From assembly GCA_051294375.1 (NCBI GenBank), contig CM119263.1, positions 6,487,645 through 6,551,644 on the forward strand: a stretch of 64,000 nt of DNA, read 5' to 3'. Shown in pieces: positions 14,501 to 28,000 of the stretch (position 1 is the stretch's first letter; each line of letters begins with the position of its first letter). Made by a program: the position numbers and the translations under genes. This stretch comes from Paraspadella gotoi. Its lineage: Eukaryota; Animalia; Chaetognatha. Under the pieces are notes generated by a model that saw nothing but the letters and a program-made list of their open reading frames with translations, was not told the origin of the DNA and ran no database searches.

Positions 14501-17500
14501 CTTTCAGTCGGTGTTTATCATCCACCCGCTAATGGTGTTGTTGATGTCTTTGGCGGCGGCGTGTCGTCCGGGCGACGAAGAGGACGTCTTCGATTTTCAC
14601 GACGACGGATTCATCGAATGTGAGACAGAGACCGAATTCGCCGGCGACGACCCCGACGAGATTCACCGGTGAGTGAGTGTCACCACTACCACTCTAAAAA
14701 GAGAGAGGGGGAGGGGAAGGGGCTGGAGTGTAAAAAGAGACGTAGAAAAGACGGAGAGAATCCATGACGAAGGCAGAGATTCTGACACTGGAGAGAAGGA
14801 AGGCCGGAAAGAAAATCGATACAAAAATTTCTTCTCTTATTTGGGATAATTTTTCTTTCTCTCGGTCTACAAATGTTCCTAGGACTTTTTACTTCAGTCT
14901 ACTATTTTCTCTTTCATGTCACGGGAAGGGATTTCTCGTTTTAAGTTGAGAAGAACGAGAGAAGTTTTCTCGTAAGTTGATTTAAACAAGAGATAAGAGC
15001 CTATTATGGTAATTGGCTCAATGCGCTCATGTTTCGGACTAAAAAGGAGGAAAGTGTTGGAGCGGGAAACGAGAGAAGAATATTCATGAAGCTTTATCTT
15101 ATTGGAAAGCCTTTCTTGGCGTCTTATCTCGGGGGCCAAGCGAAATTTGCCAATAAAGGCGGGGCTCCTCTTGGGCTAAGCAAGTCGCGTATCGCTCCTC
15201 GGCACAGATTTTTAATTTATTTGAATTTTCCTAGGAAAAAATGAAGGTTTGGTACATTTTGAAAACGAAAGTTATAAATATTTTTATAAATGTGACATGG
15301 GCGACTGATAAAATGTGTCAAATGCATATTCGTTAGGTTTTTGGGCTTAATGGAAATGAATTATGAAAGACATACATTTTTTGCGAGTTATTAAATTGCA
15401 TATTGTCTCTTTATCAGTAAAACCATGTCGCAATCATAAGTTTTCATACAGTACTTGAATATTGTATAAGCCAAAATTGAAACTTATTATCGTCGCAAGC
15501 GACGATTTTGGGACGATAGTCAAAATAAACATCGTTGTCGGCGTTCCAAATAACTACGCTTTTTTATAAATGTGTGTAATTGAATGAAGTTGAAAATTTA
15601 GATATAGCTTATCATCAAGGTCTTTCAAAATCGATAATTATTTGCTAATGATTCTTATATTTGTTAGCTAAAACATTTTAAATAAAAATTAATACGCTTA
15701 CAATTCTTCATTTATATGTCCTCTTTTTCCTCTCTTTTGTCTCTCTGATTCGTCCAAAAACGAGTTGAGCTCTGCAGCGGCTGGAGCTGAGAGTTACGCG
15801 TCTCTTTCTCCCTCTCTTTTCTTCCTTTGTTTTACTTCTAATTTTTTTTTGTATATTAAGCCGAGTTTGCTAGGTATAAAACTTAGTTTCCCTGTAGAAA
15901 ATTTGATTTTTTTAGTATCAAGGTTTGCCAGATTTTTGATATGCGATTGCGACGGATCCTTATGATTTTAAGATTTTTTTTCTAGTATGTATTCGTGATT
16001 AAAAATGATTAATTAAATGGTGGAATAATTTGTGGCCCAGCGACGCAGCCATGGAAAAAGCGTGAGTTGCTGCGAGTTTGTTATCCGAATGAGAGATTCT
16101 CGGTCCTCGCACTGAGCAGGGCATGCGTCGGGGAAATGGTAATGGTTTCGCGGCTTCGAGCCCGAAGTCGGAAAAAAGAAAAATTGACAGCGACAGAAGA
16201 AAGCGCAGGGAAGGGAAAAAATGGGGGAGTAGCGGCGGGATATGGACGAAAAAATGGTGGGAGGAGAAAGAGAAAGAAAAGATAATTGAATTTTCCTAAA
16301 CCAAACAAATTTCCTCGTTGGTTCTCGGTCGGCTTCCCCGCGGGCACCAAATACCCATTTGCAAAACACGGACGTCTTCATTTTCTCCTTAAATCTGAAG
16401 AGGAAAAAAAATCATTAAATGCGAATTCCTCTTGACTGAGCGTTATTCCCATTTTTCTCTCTTTTTCTTGTGTTGGCTTCGCGAGAGGTTTAATGATTTA
16501 TTTTTGGTCCCCCAAGTCCTTCTTTTTTTTCCCCCTTTTTAAAGCGGCCCCTTTAAGTCTCGAACACAACTAAAAACTTCACAAACCGTTCATTTCTTAT
16601 CCTTTTTTCCGTTCGGCTTCGACCCATGAGTCGTGGAACGCTATTCTCATCTACCCTCTCGCTTCCTTCTTTTCCTTCATTTCAGAGAACAAAACAAAAC
16701 AATCTTAGTTTCCTTTTTCGCCCCTCCCGAGTTTTTCTTTTTTCCATTCATTCCTTTTCTTTCTTCCAAAGTCGGAAGAAAGAACAGGGAGAGGAGAGAC
16801 GTGCTATCGTTGGAATCGTGACAATCGTGACAATTCGTATTTGGAGAGCGTTCATCCAAGATTTCTTCTCTTCCATCCCCTTTTTTTTTTTTTTTGCAGA
16901 GAGAGAGGTTCTCGAAAAGATCCCAATTACCCCGGCGCCATCTTCTATTTGTACACGTCTGAAGAGGAAGTGGCGCGCGGGTTGGCCGCCCGTCAGAGGT
17001 CGCGCCACCTGCGCTTCGCGCGCCCGCCCGCCGAGCGTCACCTCATCCGCGCCCGGGAGACGACGATGAAAGAAAAGACGGTGGCGGCGCTGCTGCTTGA
17101 GTTCGTCGTCTACGTCATCGTCCTCGCCGTGTTGGCGCTGATGGCGTTTGGCGGCCACCAAGGGTGAGAGACTTTTATAATTAGTAAAAGTAATATATTT
17201 ATATATTATATATATAATACGTATATTTATTTCTAAACGTGTTGATTTGACGTTGAGACACTATACTACACTCGACAATTGTTAGTTTGTGTCAAAGTCA
17301 ATATAATTAAAACAATATTTCGTCACATTAAATTATCTATGATTTTTTTTAACACCTAATGTAGCCCTGGAATTAAAAGAGATTGGGGATGGATACTGGA
17401 TAGTGCCTCACAAAAAAAACTAATCAAGAATAAAAGCGGTGATTTTGTGTGGCGCGTTATCCAATTGCCGTCTGCGACGTAAACGTTAAGCGTGAATTGA

Positions 17501-18952
17501 TGGTCGAATTCGGAAAAACGAATTACGTTGCGCGCGATTTGCTCTTAGAGATTTCCTTTTCCCTTTACCCTACTTTTTTGTTGCCTTAATTCTGTTTTAT
17601 TTAACCTTTCTCTTTTATTCCCTCAAAAATTGTTCATTCTTAGTATTTTTTTTTATTTCTCAACACTGTCGTTTGTATAGTATTTTTACTGTATATCTTG
17701 ATTAATTTCTTGGTACATTCCATTTTTAAATAACAAGTATCATTCTCCTCCATTTCAATCTCGCTTAACCATCTGACATTTTCCTCTTCTCAGCAACTCC
17801 ATCTTTGGTCTCCAACGAGCATCGCGTTCGGCCTTCGTCGATTCTCCGTCGACGCCTTTCTCCGGCGTCTCTTCCGTTGCCAGTTGGTGGGATTGGGCGG
17901 AGGGAGACTTTCTCGACGCCATGTTCGGAGACTCTGGGGGAGGAGGTGGAGGAGTCGACGAAGACAGCAGACTTTGGGTTCTCGGGGGAAACGCCTTCGT
18001 CGTCGGCGACGTCGTCATGAAACAATCCCGGATTTCACTCGAATTCTGCCCAACGGGTGAGCCAAGTCGTGTTTTGTTGGAATTAAACTTGTATCCGCGA
18101 GCATCAAATATTGTTCGGTCTTGTTCAAAATATTCTCATCCTTTTCATCCCCAAAAATAGGTCACGTGATCATTCCCGGTTTGAGGGACGCAAAAACGAT
18201 CTGCAATCCCGCGTACTCGCCGGCCTCTTCTTCCTCTTCTTCATCTTCTTCTTCCGCGCGACTGGCTTCGCCGCGATTTAATCTCGAGGCCTTCCTCCCC
18301 TTCGGCCCTAACCTCACTTGGACCTTTTCGGACCGGCACCGCGACTGGAGCTCCTCAAGGGTCAGTGGATGATGGGTCTGGCTAACGTTTTTTTTTTTCG
18401 GGGGTTGGGAGGGGAAGGGGTGTTAGGAACGAAAGGATGAAACGGAGGGGGCCGGGAATCTCATTAAAAAGAGGGTGAGAGGAAAAGCAAAAAACGGTTC
18501 ACGTTTAAATCCGTCATTCAGGGAATTCACGGGCTTTACTCGGAAGGCGGCTACATCTTCCAGTTTCCTCGTTCCTCGACGGATGCCAGACGCGAGCTGA
18601 AGCATTTACGAGATTCCCGATGGATCGACAGACAGGTGATTCGGGTTTTCTCTTTCTCTCTCTCTCCCTTTTTCTCTCTCTCGCCAGTTTCCCCTACGCC
18701 CTCCACTATTTCCGTCGCCGCCACTCGCAAAGTTGGCAACGTTTGAAAAATTGAAATTCCCTCTTTTTTTTCGCGGATCGAGCGCGAAAAACGAGCCGCG
18801 CGTGCGGGTGAAAGCGAACACGGAATTAGAACCGAGAGCAAAGAGAGAGAGGGAGAGAGGGAAGCGAGAGAGAGGTGAATTATTTCACCCATTTCTTTCT
18901 ACTCCCACAAACTTTCCCCCTNNNNNNNNNNNNNNNNNNNNNNNNNCTCGAA

Positions 18953-19027
<75 letters not shown>

Positions 19028-19351
19028 TTCCTCTTCATTTCCCCTACCTCTTTCGTTCCTAATCTCATTCATTTTGCTCTTCCTTTCTTCTTCCTTTCTT
19101 CTTCCTTTCTCAATTCCCCTCAAGCGACTTTCGACTTTGGCCATGCTCGTCCTCTTTCCCACATTTTCTCCCACCGATCAGTTTCCTCCTTTCCTTGATA
19201 ACTATCACCCTCCCCACCCCCCCCCCTCCGCCTTTCCAGACTCGCGCCGTCTCCGTGTTCTTCACTCTCTTCTCGCCGGCGTCGAACCTTTTCACGTCGG
19301 TGTCTCTCTTGACGGAGACTCCGCCGTCGGGGGGCGTCTTCGTTCGTCCGA

Positions 19352-19397
<46 letters not shown>

Positions 19398-19533
19398 AAG
19401 AATATAGAAATGAATTCTCTGCCTTCGACGCCAAGGACGTCGTCCAGTCTGTGCCTCTTCCCCCCCCCTTCGGAGCCGCCAAAGGCCTTGATCGAAAATC
19501 GTTAAAAAAATGAGAATTTTATGCGACGTGATG

Positions 19534-19601
<68 letters not shown>

Positions 19602-19903
19602 AATCCTTTTGGAATATCAAGTCCAGTTCCCCGGCTTGGCGACCTCGCAACGGTCGGAGAATGTTAATAATCGTCGAATCGTGAAAGGCATTGCAGAGGC
19701 GGTGTAGCGCGAAGAGAGAAGGAAGAGAGGGTAAAGTCTGCTAAGAACTTCTTAGTGCTTTCCCCTTCCTTCTCCCCCTCCGCCTTTCCAGACTCGCGCC
19801 GTCTCCGTGTTCTTCACTCTCTTCTCGCCGGCGTCGAACCTTTTCACGTCGGTGTCTCTCTTGACGGAGACTCCGCCGTCGGGGGGCGTCTTCGTTCGTC
19901 CGA

Positions 19904-19954
<51 letters not shown>

Positions 19955-20134
19955 AATAGAAATGAATTCTCTGCCTTCGACGCCAAGGACGTCGTCCAGT
20001 CTGTGCCTCTTCCCCCCCCCCTTCGGAGCCGCCAAAGGCCTTGATCGAAAATCGTTAAAAAAATGAGAATTTTATGCGACGTGATGGAGAGAGAGAGAGA
20101 GAGGAGAGAAGAGAGAGAGAGAGAGAAGAGAGAG

Positions 20135-20169
<35 letters not shown>

Positions 20170-22126
20170 CTTTTGGAATATCAAGTCCAGTTCCCCGGCT
20201 TGGCGACCTCGCAACGGTCGGAGAATGTTAATAATCGTCGAATCGTGAAAGGCATTGCAGAGGCGGTGTAGCGCGAAGAGAGAAGGAAGAGAGGGTAAAG
20301 TCTGCTAAGAACTTCTTAGTGCTTTCCCCTTCCTTCTGAAAAGTTTGTCCTTTTCACTCACAATTACTTTCCTCGACGAAGTACGTTGACTTTATCTTCA
20401 ACTCTTTTCCCGTAGTGTCTCCTCGACGACCCTCTTCCGTTACGTGACGCCCTGGGACTCAGTTCGTCTCGTTCTCGAAATCTTTTTTCTCTTTCTCTTC
20501 CTCTCGCTCGCCGTTTCTGAAATCCACGCTGCAACTGGGCTGGGGCCCCAGGTAATCGATCGACGTGGGAAGGGTTGGGGTACTGGGATCAATACTATAA
20601 AAGAGAAAGTCACACTGGGATGTAGTTTGATGTTGTCCACCCTCATCGAGCATGGGTGAAGTCGGCGCCTTTCGACCCAGTGTAAAAAAAAATCCCTTAT
20701 TGGCAATAATCATGGGGCGAAAAAATATAAAAAGCCATGGAGTTAATGCAGCGCGCGGGTAGACGGCGACGACGGTTCATTCTCACGCACTCACGCTTGA
20801 ATAATCTAACGTGGCGGGATTAGCCCGCTTGAAGTTTCTCTCTACGCTCCCCTTTTTCTTCCCCATCCTATATCCTCCCATCTCCTCTCCATTTCAATTA
20901 CTCCTCATCTCCACGCAGAGACAATACTTTTGTTTGCCTTTTATTTCGGCGATAAACAACCCATTCGGAACCATTTTTCAAGACTCGAGTAATTAAAGAA
21001 TTTCGGCACTCTGCCATCTCGCGTCTCTCCCTCTCTCTCTTTTTCTTTTCCATTCTCTCGAGTTTTTTCTGTTAAAAAAAAGGAAAAAAAAAACTTTCGG
21101 AGAGAAAGCAAAAAGCATCAACAAACGCCTGAAACACTGGCGGGCCGGCGGCGCTTTCTTTTTTTTTTTTTCTGCCGCCTGTGCGCCAGTTTACGCGCGC
21201 CCTTGTCGTCTGGAGAAATTGATCGTATTCTCTCTCGCATCTGTCAGCCTCGTTTGTCACGCTGGAAGGCATAAGTAGAGTCTGCAAATTAATCCTTTTG
21301 TTAGAAAATTGAAAAGGCTTTATTCATATCGGCGGCGCTAATACCCGACCCTCGTTTCTTTCTCTCCTTATGTCTCTACGTCTGTCCGGGTCTCAATTCA
21401 TTTCTAAACGGATTTTTTAATCCGCTCCTCGGTGCACCCCCCTTTCCCATTTCCAGGCCTACTTCCGGTCCGCATGCCACGCTGCGCGCTTGGCGTTTGT
21501 GCTGCTCTGCGGCGCGTATCAGGTCTGCCTCGTTTATCGATTTTTCGAAGCGGAATTCATCATCGAAGAGTTGAGGGCGACGCATTACGACGCCTACGTG
21601 GATGTCAGCTACGTCGCCTTTTGGGACGAGGTAATAAAAAATGGCGTCTCTCTCGAGCGCTCGTCTTTTTTCTCTCTTCTCCTCGACGCTCATCCTCTGC
21701 CCTTTTTTTTACATTCGGGATGTCTGTCGCTTTGTCATTCTGAGTTTTTCTGTTTTTTCTTCAATCCTTTCGACCGATTACTTATTTAACTCTAAACTTT
21801 TTTAACGTCTTTTTCGTGCGCGCAATTATTAATTTTTTTTTTTTTTTTTTGGTGTGGATATCTTTTACCCTTTCTTCATCCGACAAACCATTATTGTCTT
21901 TCGGTTTTTCATATCCGCAGAATTTTAAATTTTATTATCTTTATTCTCCAAGTCTTTCCATTCCAATTCTTAACCTTATCTTCCAATCGACGCGTTCCCT
22001 TTTTCAATTCCCCATCCGATGTCTTCTTGTGAGTAATTATTCTGCTCGCCTTCACTTCTCGAGGCAATCATCCCTTTTTTCCATCGCCTCTTTCTTTCTT
22101 TCTCTCTCTCTCTCTCTCTCTCTCTT

Positions 22127-22185
<59 letters not shown>

Positions 22186-25009
22186 GCCTTTTCTTTTCCA
22201 TCTCTCTTTTCTTCCACCACTCCAACTCTCTCTTCCGATACCATGACTTTAAATAATATTTGATTAAAACCTGTACATATGCAAAAAAAAAACCAACTTT
22301 TTAAAGTACAGTATTGTAAAGTAATTTGATGTTTTATTTCCCCCTTCTCTCTCCCTTCCCCCTACCCTCTACTCGACTCCCCCTCTTGGCAGGTGCTCTC
22401 CTCACTGCTGGGGATGCTCCTCTTCCTCTTCCTCCTACAATCACTTCGCCTGCTGCGCTTCTTGCGCGGCTTAACCCGCGTGACTCGAGCCCTCTCTCGG
22501 TCAACGCGGGACGTGGCGTCGATGGCTTTGGCGTTTGTTGGCGTCATCGTCGTCTTCGCAGCACTGGGTCTTCTACTCTTCTCGTCCGACGCCAACTTCG
22601 CTACATTCAGCGCCGCCTGCGGGTCCTTGGCGAGCGCCCTGGCGGGATTATACAGTCTAAAAGATATCGGGTATTTGGGATGTTTATCTTTGTTTTTCCT
22701 CGACGAATTCCCCTAACGTCTTCGTTTTCTCGCAGAACCCTTAAAGCTGATGTTTTCTACTTCGCCTTCCTCGTCGTTTCCTTCGGCGTCGTTTTTGCTT
22801 TTGGAGCCGCAATCTTGTCCAAGCATTTGCGCCGCGAGGCGCGTCGGCACCGACGCCGGATGGAGCGCCGATTAAAGAACGGCGTCGGCACCACTGCGGC
22901 GCCAGACAACGCGTGGGGAAAGGCTCTCGGCGCCCGGGACATCGCCAACATCGCTTGGTCAAAGTTCTTGGTTTGGGCGGGATTTCGTCCGGCGCCGGAA
23001 TGGGATAAACCGATGGAAGGGCTGTCAGCGGTGAGTGCTCGGAAAAATAATTCAGATTATAACCGACTTATTCGTTATCAAATAAAAATATTTTCCGTCT
23101 CTTTTGACCCACTGTTTTCCACAGGAATTCATTCTCGCGGAATTCGAATTCCAAATCGACGAGTTGCTGCAAAAACTCGATTCCATCTCGGGCGCGGTTC
23201 CACCGTGTTCGGCGCCCCCTTTACCCTCGGCATCGATTGTCAAGCCTAATACGGAACCGCCGTTGGCGCCGACCCACGGCGTCCACCCGAATCTCGAACA
23301 CCGCCTCAATCGCATCGAGGACGATTTCTCGAAGAACGACGCCGACTGGGCGAAGCTGATAGATTTGGGAACCTTCGGGGTGGAGGACCCTGAAGAGAGA
23401 CAGGAGAAGGTAGGATTCGGCAGCTGGGATGGGTGGGAGTTTCCAGAGGTTGTTGCGAATGTATTTCGACGTTTAAATCTATTCGTCATTGTGCCAGGAA
23501 CTGCGCGCCGCTCTGGAAATGGAAATCTTTCGCCAGCTGCAGTTGGCGCCGCCCGAAGACGATTCAACGTTGATCGTGGCGGCGCTTGAAAAAGGCGTTG
23601 ATTCGTCGACAACGGCGCCGCGAAACGAAGCCGACGGTGATCAGTTGCTGCAGCTGTTGGGCCTCGATCCGGAGGGCGCCAACTCTGCCGCCGCAACTGA
23701 AATCCTTCTCGCCAACTTCTCCAACTCGATGCAGCGCGAGCAAGACCTTTTGGCGGATCCATTTCGGGCCGAAGGAAACGGGGTAAGTTTATAAAAGTGG
23801 CTCCAATGTGTCCTACTTTGTTTAAAATATTCAGAATAAAATTTTTCATTTAATTATTTTTAACATATTTTTTCATCAAACGCTTACGCTCAACTCATTC
23901 TACACCGAGGTTCTCGTTATTTTCCAGATATTCCACGTAATGAACGACATCCCTTACCATCCTCCGAACGCTGTCGACGACGGCGACGACGTCGAAGTGG
24001 ACATTCCTTACCACGGACCCTCGAGCGGCGATCAGGATTCGTTGCAGTCGGACGAAATCTCCATTCCCGACTGGACCACGCCTCCTCCTCCCCCGCGGAG
24101 CAACCGGGCGAGAAAGAGAACCAAGGAATCCAAGATTCTCGTGAGTGACTCTAAACAACATCTTATAATATTAGTCAATAATGTTTTTGGAATAACCTTG
24201 CGTTTGTTTTCAGGACGATCTTTCTTACTCCTACCACTCCGCGGGTGGAGACGCCCCTTACCTTTCCGGCGGGGATGACATTCCTTATTATCCTCCATTG
24301 GAATCCGGCGTCGACGATTCGGTCGAAGTCACCGTTGAGATTCCGGGTCATCTACTCGACGATGAGGAAGAAGAGGAAGAAGAAGAGGGGGCGGAGTCGA
24401 AGGACTTTGCCAAGGTGAGTTCGTGACTTTCGCATCGACGTTTCGATTTCAACCAATCATCCTCTTTTCCCTTTCAAAACTCCCAGGTGAACATGGCGTA
24501 TTTCGGCGATCACGGTTCGCCTCCTCCGCTGCCCAAGTCCTCCCGCTCGTTCGCGGCCGACTCCGCCGTCAGCGCGGCGGCGAGACTGCCATCCGGCGCA
24601 GCGGAGAGGCCGAAGGCGGCGCCGAAGTCAAAATCACAAGAACGAGATTCGTTTTTGGACGAAACTGCCTCCGCTCGCAGCCGGTAAAGAAATTGGAGGA
24701 TATCCATTGTTAATATATGTAGTAGTTTCGTTGTTTCATCCGTTGTTTTGTTTCCTCGTTTGTTTCGTTGTTTGTCTTTCTTCATCAGCGTCTCTCCTTT
24801 ATCTCAGCGGAACGAAGCGCGGAGAGACCCGCCCCCTTGGTAGACGCCTCCACAAGACGCGTTCGCGCGGCAAGGGCAAGTTTTTGTCTGCGCGGTCGGA
24901 GGACGAGGAATTGGAGGCACCGACGTCGAGGCCACGCCCACATGCCGGAAACCACAACCTCGCCTTCAACCCGACCAGCGATGCCGAAGACGGAGAAACC
25001 AAATGTTGA
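1594..25009 (+). CDS. Polycystin-1-like (PKD1/PKD1L/REJ family) protein, 5'-truncated by the window edge; GAIN/GPS, TM1, PLAT/LH2, further TMs, polycystin cation-channel domain and long cytoplasmic tail
   Basis: Phase-consistent exons: 1594-1691, 4843-5038, 6981-7200, 7517-7770, 9882-10138, 10372-10520, 10753-10881, 11345-11418, 12134-12275, 12544-13059, 14508-14668, 16900-17163, 17794-18056, 18161-18360, 18522-18635, 19240-19352 (or its duplicate 19792-19904), 20416-20551, 21457-21630, 22393-22670, 22736-23030, 23125-23409, 23498-23782, 23928-24140, 24214-24414, 24487-24683, 24808-25009 (TGA). Motifs: GPS CLEW..GWSSGTC..HCRC; PLAT YQITVETGFRRGAGTTSRV and VWHDNSGASPSWFL..FVADKWFAVEEDDG; HLWASIVTRPSYSRFTRCQR; YSEGGY..WIDRQTRAVSVFFTLFSPASNLF; S4-like LRLLRFLR. 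Confidence 0.92.
5801..5910. repeat. Dispersed repeat fragment, copy 1 (homologous to 13334-13481)
   Basis: The blocks atcactcttacaagat(a/g)atgacata and aatgaagtggtataatatttcaa(c/a)gaatgtttca(a/t)ttgtat...accactccctt occur in two different PKD1-like introns. Confidence 0.75.
7517..10138 (+). other. PLAT/LH2 domain of the PKD1-like gene (two exons)
   Basis: YQITVETGFRRGAGTTSRVSIVLHG...LFARNSRDTFVIT|VPKSLGPIWKVQVWHDNSGASPSWFLSRIVVEDL...FVADKWFAVEEDDGKVER matches the polycystin PLAT consensus. Confidence 0.93.
13334..13481. repeat. Dispersed repeat fragment, copy 2 (homologous to 5801-5910)
   Basis: Same two conserved blocks as 5801-5910, with a longer spacer between them. Confidence 0.75.
18955..19025. 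repeat. (CT)n/(AG)n microsatellite, representative of dozens across the window
   Basis: Similar tracts at ~174-211, 961-1008, 3636-3689, 5066-5120, 8322-8362, 22100-22180, 29600-29800, 30220-30280, 32312-32380, 35184-35260, 35510-35605 and 36993-37092. Confidence 0.95.
19222..20337 (+). repeat. Direct tandem duplication of ~550 bp including one 113-nt PKD1-like exon
   Basis: 19222-19773 and 19774-20337 are near identical and differ mainly in (AG)n tract lengths. Both contain the exon TRAVSVFFTLFSPASNLFTSVSLLTETPPSGGVFVRP with intact splice sites. Confidence 0.93.
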
Positions 25010-28000
25010 AACCTTTTTCTTTCGGTTTTTCCGAAACAAGATTTTTCGACTCATTTTAGTACTACCTTATACTTATATACTCAAGATTTTGTATTTGCTC
25101 TTTTTGTTTCCTGTATTTTCCGACAAGTCGACTAGCAATAATATGAATTTACATTGTTTACTTAATGTTAGCCTTTTACGTTATTCTTGCCGTGCAATAC
25201 GAGATATAATCTCGTTTAACGAACATGATCGTATTTTTTTTTTAAATCTCACTGTTATTGTTGTTTCGCGAATGGATCAAATGTTCGTTCGTTTCAAACA
25301 AATCTGCATGTTTCTGTTGATGAGAAAAGCGCAAAAAGGCCGAAGTCGTCGGCCATTAAACCTTTTTACTCGATTCACTGCACAAAATCTGTTTCGCCTT
25401 TGATCGCATTACCAATCGGTCGAGTCTCTTCTGCCCATTTGACCAAAATCTCTCCGTTCTCGTCTTTCCAATGATGAAAAAAAAAATGACAACGTTAAAT
25501 TCTGTTAATATTGTTAATATTAACAATAATATTAATAACCTTGTTAATATTAATCACAAAATCAGTAGAGGACATCGAAACCTAATACTCAGTAACTTTA
25601 CTACGTAATACTCTTATTTTTATCCAATTGCGGAAGTTTCTCGACCGAGGAGTGATTCACTGCTCAATCCTTGACAATTTCATATTTTGTTTTGTTTTTC
25701 TATTGCAATAGAAGTCTATACTTTTAAATGTTTCGATGAGTTAATTGATTGGGGATTTTACGTAGGTTAATTAGAAGACATCATGTTTGCTCAAAGCTCA
25801 TATTGAAATGAAAATCAGTTTTCCCCTATTATGTTTAACTGAGATGTAACTAGTATCATGCAATCAAAGTATATGTAATTAGTTTTTTTCGTACGTTCAA
25901 TCGCCGGGAGGCGATGCTGTTGCATCCTCCACAACCCGTCAATGTCGTCGTTTGTCGCGCCCCCGGCGATTCCCCTGCGACCGAACTAAGACTAAGAGGA
26001 CATGCGACTGACGAATATCGAGCTCTTAAATTTTAATACCGATCGACATTTGAAAAACAAAAGGTCATCGATTAGTTAATGCGGTCGTGTATTAAAGCGA
26101 CGTAAGATCGTCTACAGTGACGGAAACAGTCGTCCCGAGTTCTATCATCCAAATCTATAATGGTAGAAAACTGAATGTCATGAAAAAAATCTACTAGGAA
26201 AATGGTACAGTTCGTCTCGTGTAGATAAAAATTTAAAGGTAGTAGAAACACGTTGAAGGAACAAGTTGAAATCGGAAGAGAACGTTGAGTCAAATGTATA
26301 AAGAGCTCGGAGGTCTGGCTTTTGTGTCCGGCGTTCGACCAAGCGAAACCAATTCTTGAGGTGACACGAGAATTTCGACTCCCAAAAATCGATGCCGCAT
26401 TTTCTTTCTCCTTTCCCTTTTTTTTTTGGCGATCCGATTTCGAAATAAACTTTTTTTCTAAAAGTCCACCTCGACTTTCTACATCAAAATGACACGACAA
26501 TTTGACTCTCAAGAAATCGTGTCCATATTCTTCCCGCTTCGTTTCGAATTTCTTTGAACCAAACCAAAAACAGCTTTTTTTTCGCGGCAAAAAAACTTTT
26601 TTTTCGTGAGCGAATTTTCATATTGAAAAATTTTCGACGAGAAAATATATATGTTTGGATGGATATGAAATTTTGATTTGGAAGCGGAATATATAATTCC
26701 TTTGTGAAATACGAGGATATGCAAACTTGCATGAAACTAAAAATGAAAGTCAAATGATTAGGTCCTGTAATCTCTAAGAAAAAGGGTTAAATTAAGGAAT
26801 TATGAATAAAAAGCTACAAATACGTTAGGCTCTTTAAAACAAAAAATTGGGCATCTTATAAAGTTATATGAATTAAAGAGTTGAAAAATAGGGAAAGTAT
26901 ATAAAATAAAAATAGTAAACGCTGTAAAAGCGAAACTGAGGAAGCGGGGGAAAAAAAAGGAGGAATGCAAAGGCTGGAAACGCAATGCGCCACGCCCCCT
27001 TTTCGAGGAGAAGGTCAAAAGGCACCAACAATTTCTTTTTATCGCCGAATGGAAAGAGAGGACCTCCATTCACAGCGAAAGCCTTCTCTCCCAAATGGAA
27101 ATCCTCGCCTCCCCTTTTTCTTTCCTTCTTTTCTTTCCTTCTTTTTTCTTTTTTTTTCAATTTTCACTTCTTTTCTTCGGTTTTTTATTTTCTCTGCGAC
27201 AAACGCCCCAAAATGCCCCAAAATGCCTCCCTTTCTCTCTCTTGGACGTCGGATTTGGTCGCGTGCGCACTGAACGCAGCGGTGCTTGCCAGTGCGTGCG
27301 CGCGCTCGTTCGGACTGGCTCGCAGTTTGCGAGTTAATGGCCGATGAGTACGAGCAAGCTTTGGAAGGGGGAAATGGCCACTGGGTATGCGTCAATCTTA
27401 GAGTCTAACGCGAATGTCGTGGTCTGTTTGTCTTTGGGTCAGTTTTCGCGGGGATTTTTCTCTTTTTTTGCACGAAAGTGCAGAGTTAATGGGGACGTGG
27501 CGGCTGCGGCGGAAGCGGCTGCGGCGGAAGGGATTGAATACGGGTCCGTCGGAGAGCCGGCCTTGGGGGCGTGGCCACTGATGGTCGTTCGCGATTCGAC
27601 CTTCGACCAAGCGGACGACCACGATAACGACCAACGTTTAAGTTTAAATAATCTCATCTCTATTTATTGTAAATCACTTTATTGTAAATCCCTTAACACC
27701 TGAAATTGTAAATTTTTTCTTTTTTTTCATTTTTTTTTCTATATAACTTTCCTACTAGGAGGATTTGTATTTACTTTCTCTACTATGAGCATTTTCCCTT
27801 TACTTTCTTTAGGAATTTTCTCTTCTGTCTTTACCCACTCGATCTTCACTTGCATCGCTTAATACAAAATAGCAAATTTTTTCCTGTTTTAGTCTTAAAA
27901 AACGAGAAAGCTTTTTGTAAGACAAAGGAACATTCAAAATTTTAATTTTTTTTATCTTAAATCTTTTTTTTATAATTTTTAATAAGTATTTTTTTATTAT

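Noticed and set aside
25500-25555. AT-rich quasi-palindrome (ttaatattaa repeats)
   Set aside because: Low-complexity sequence; self-complementarity is expected by chance.
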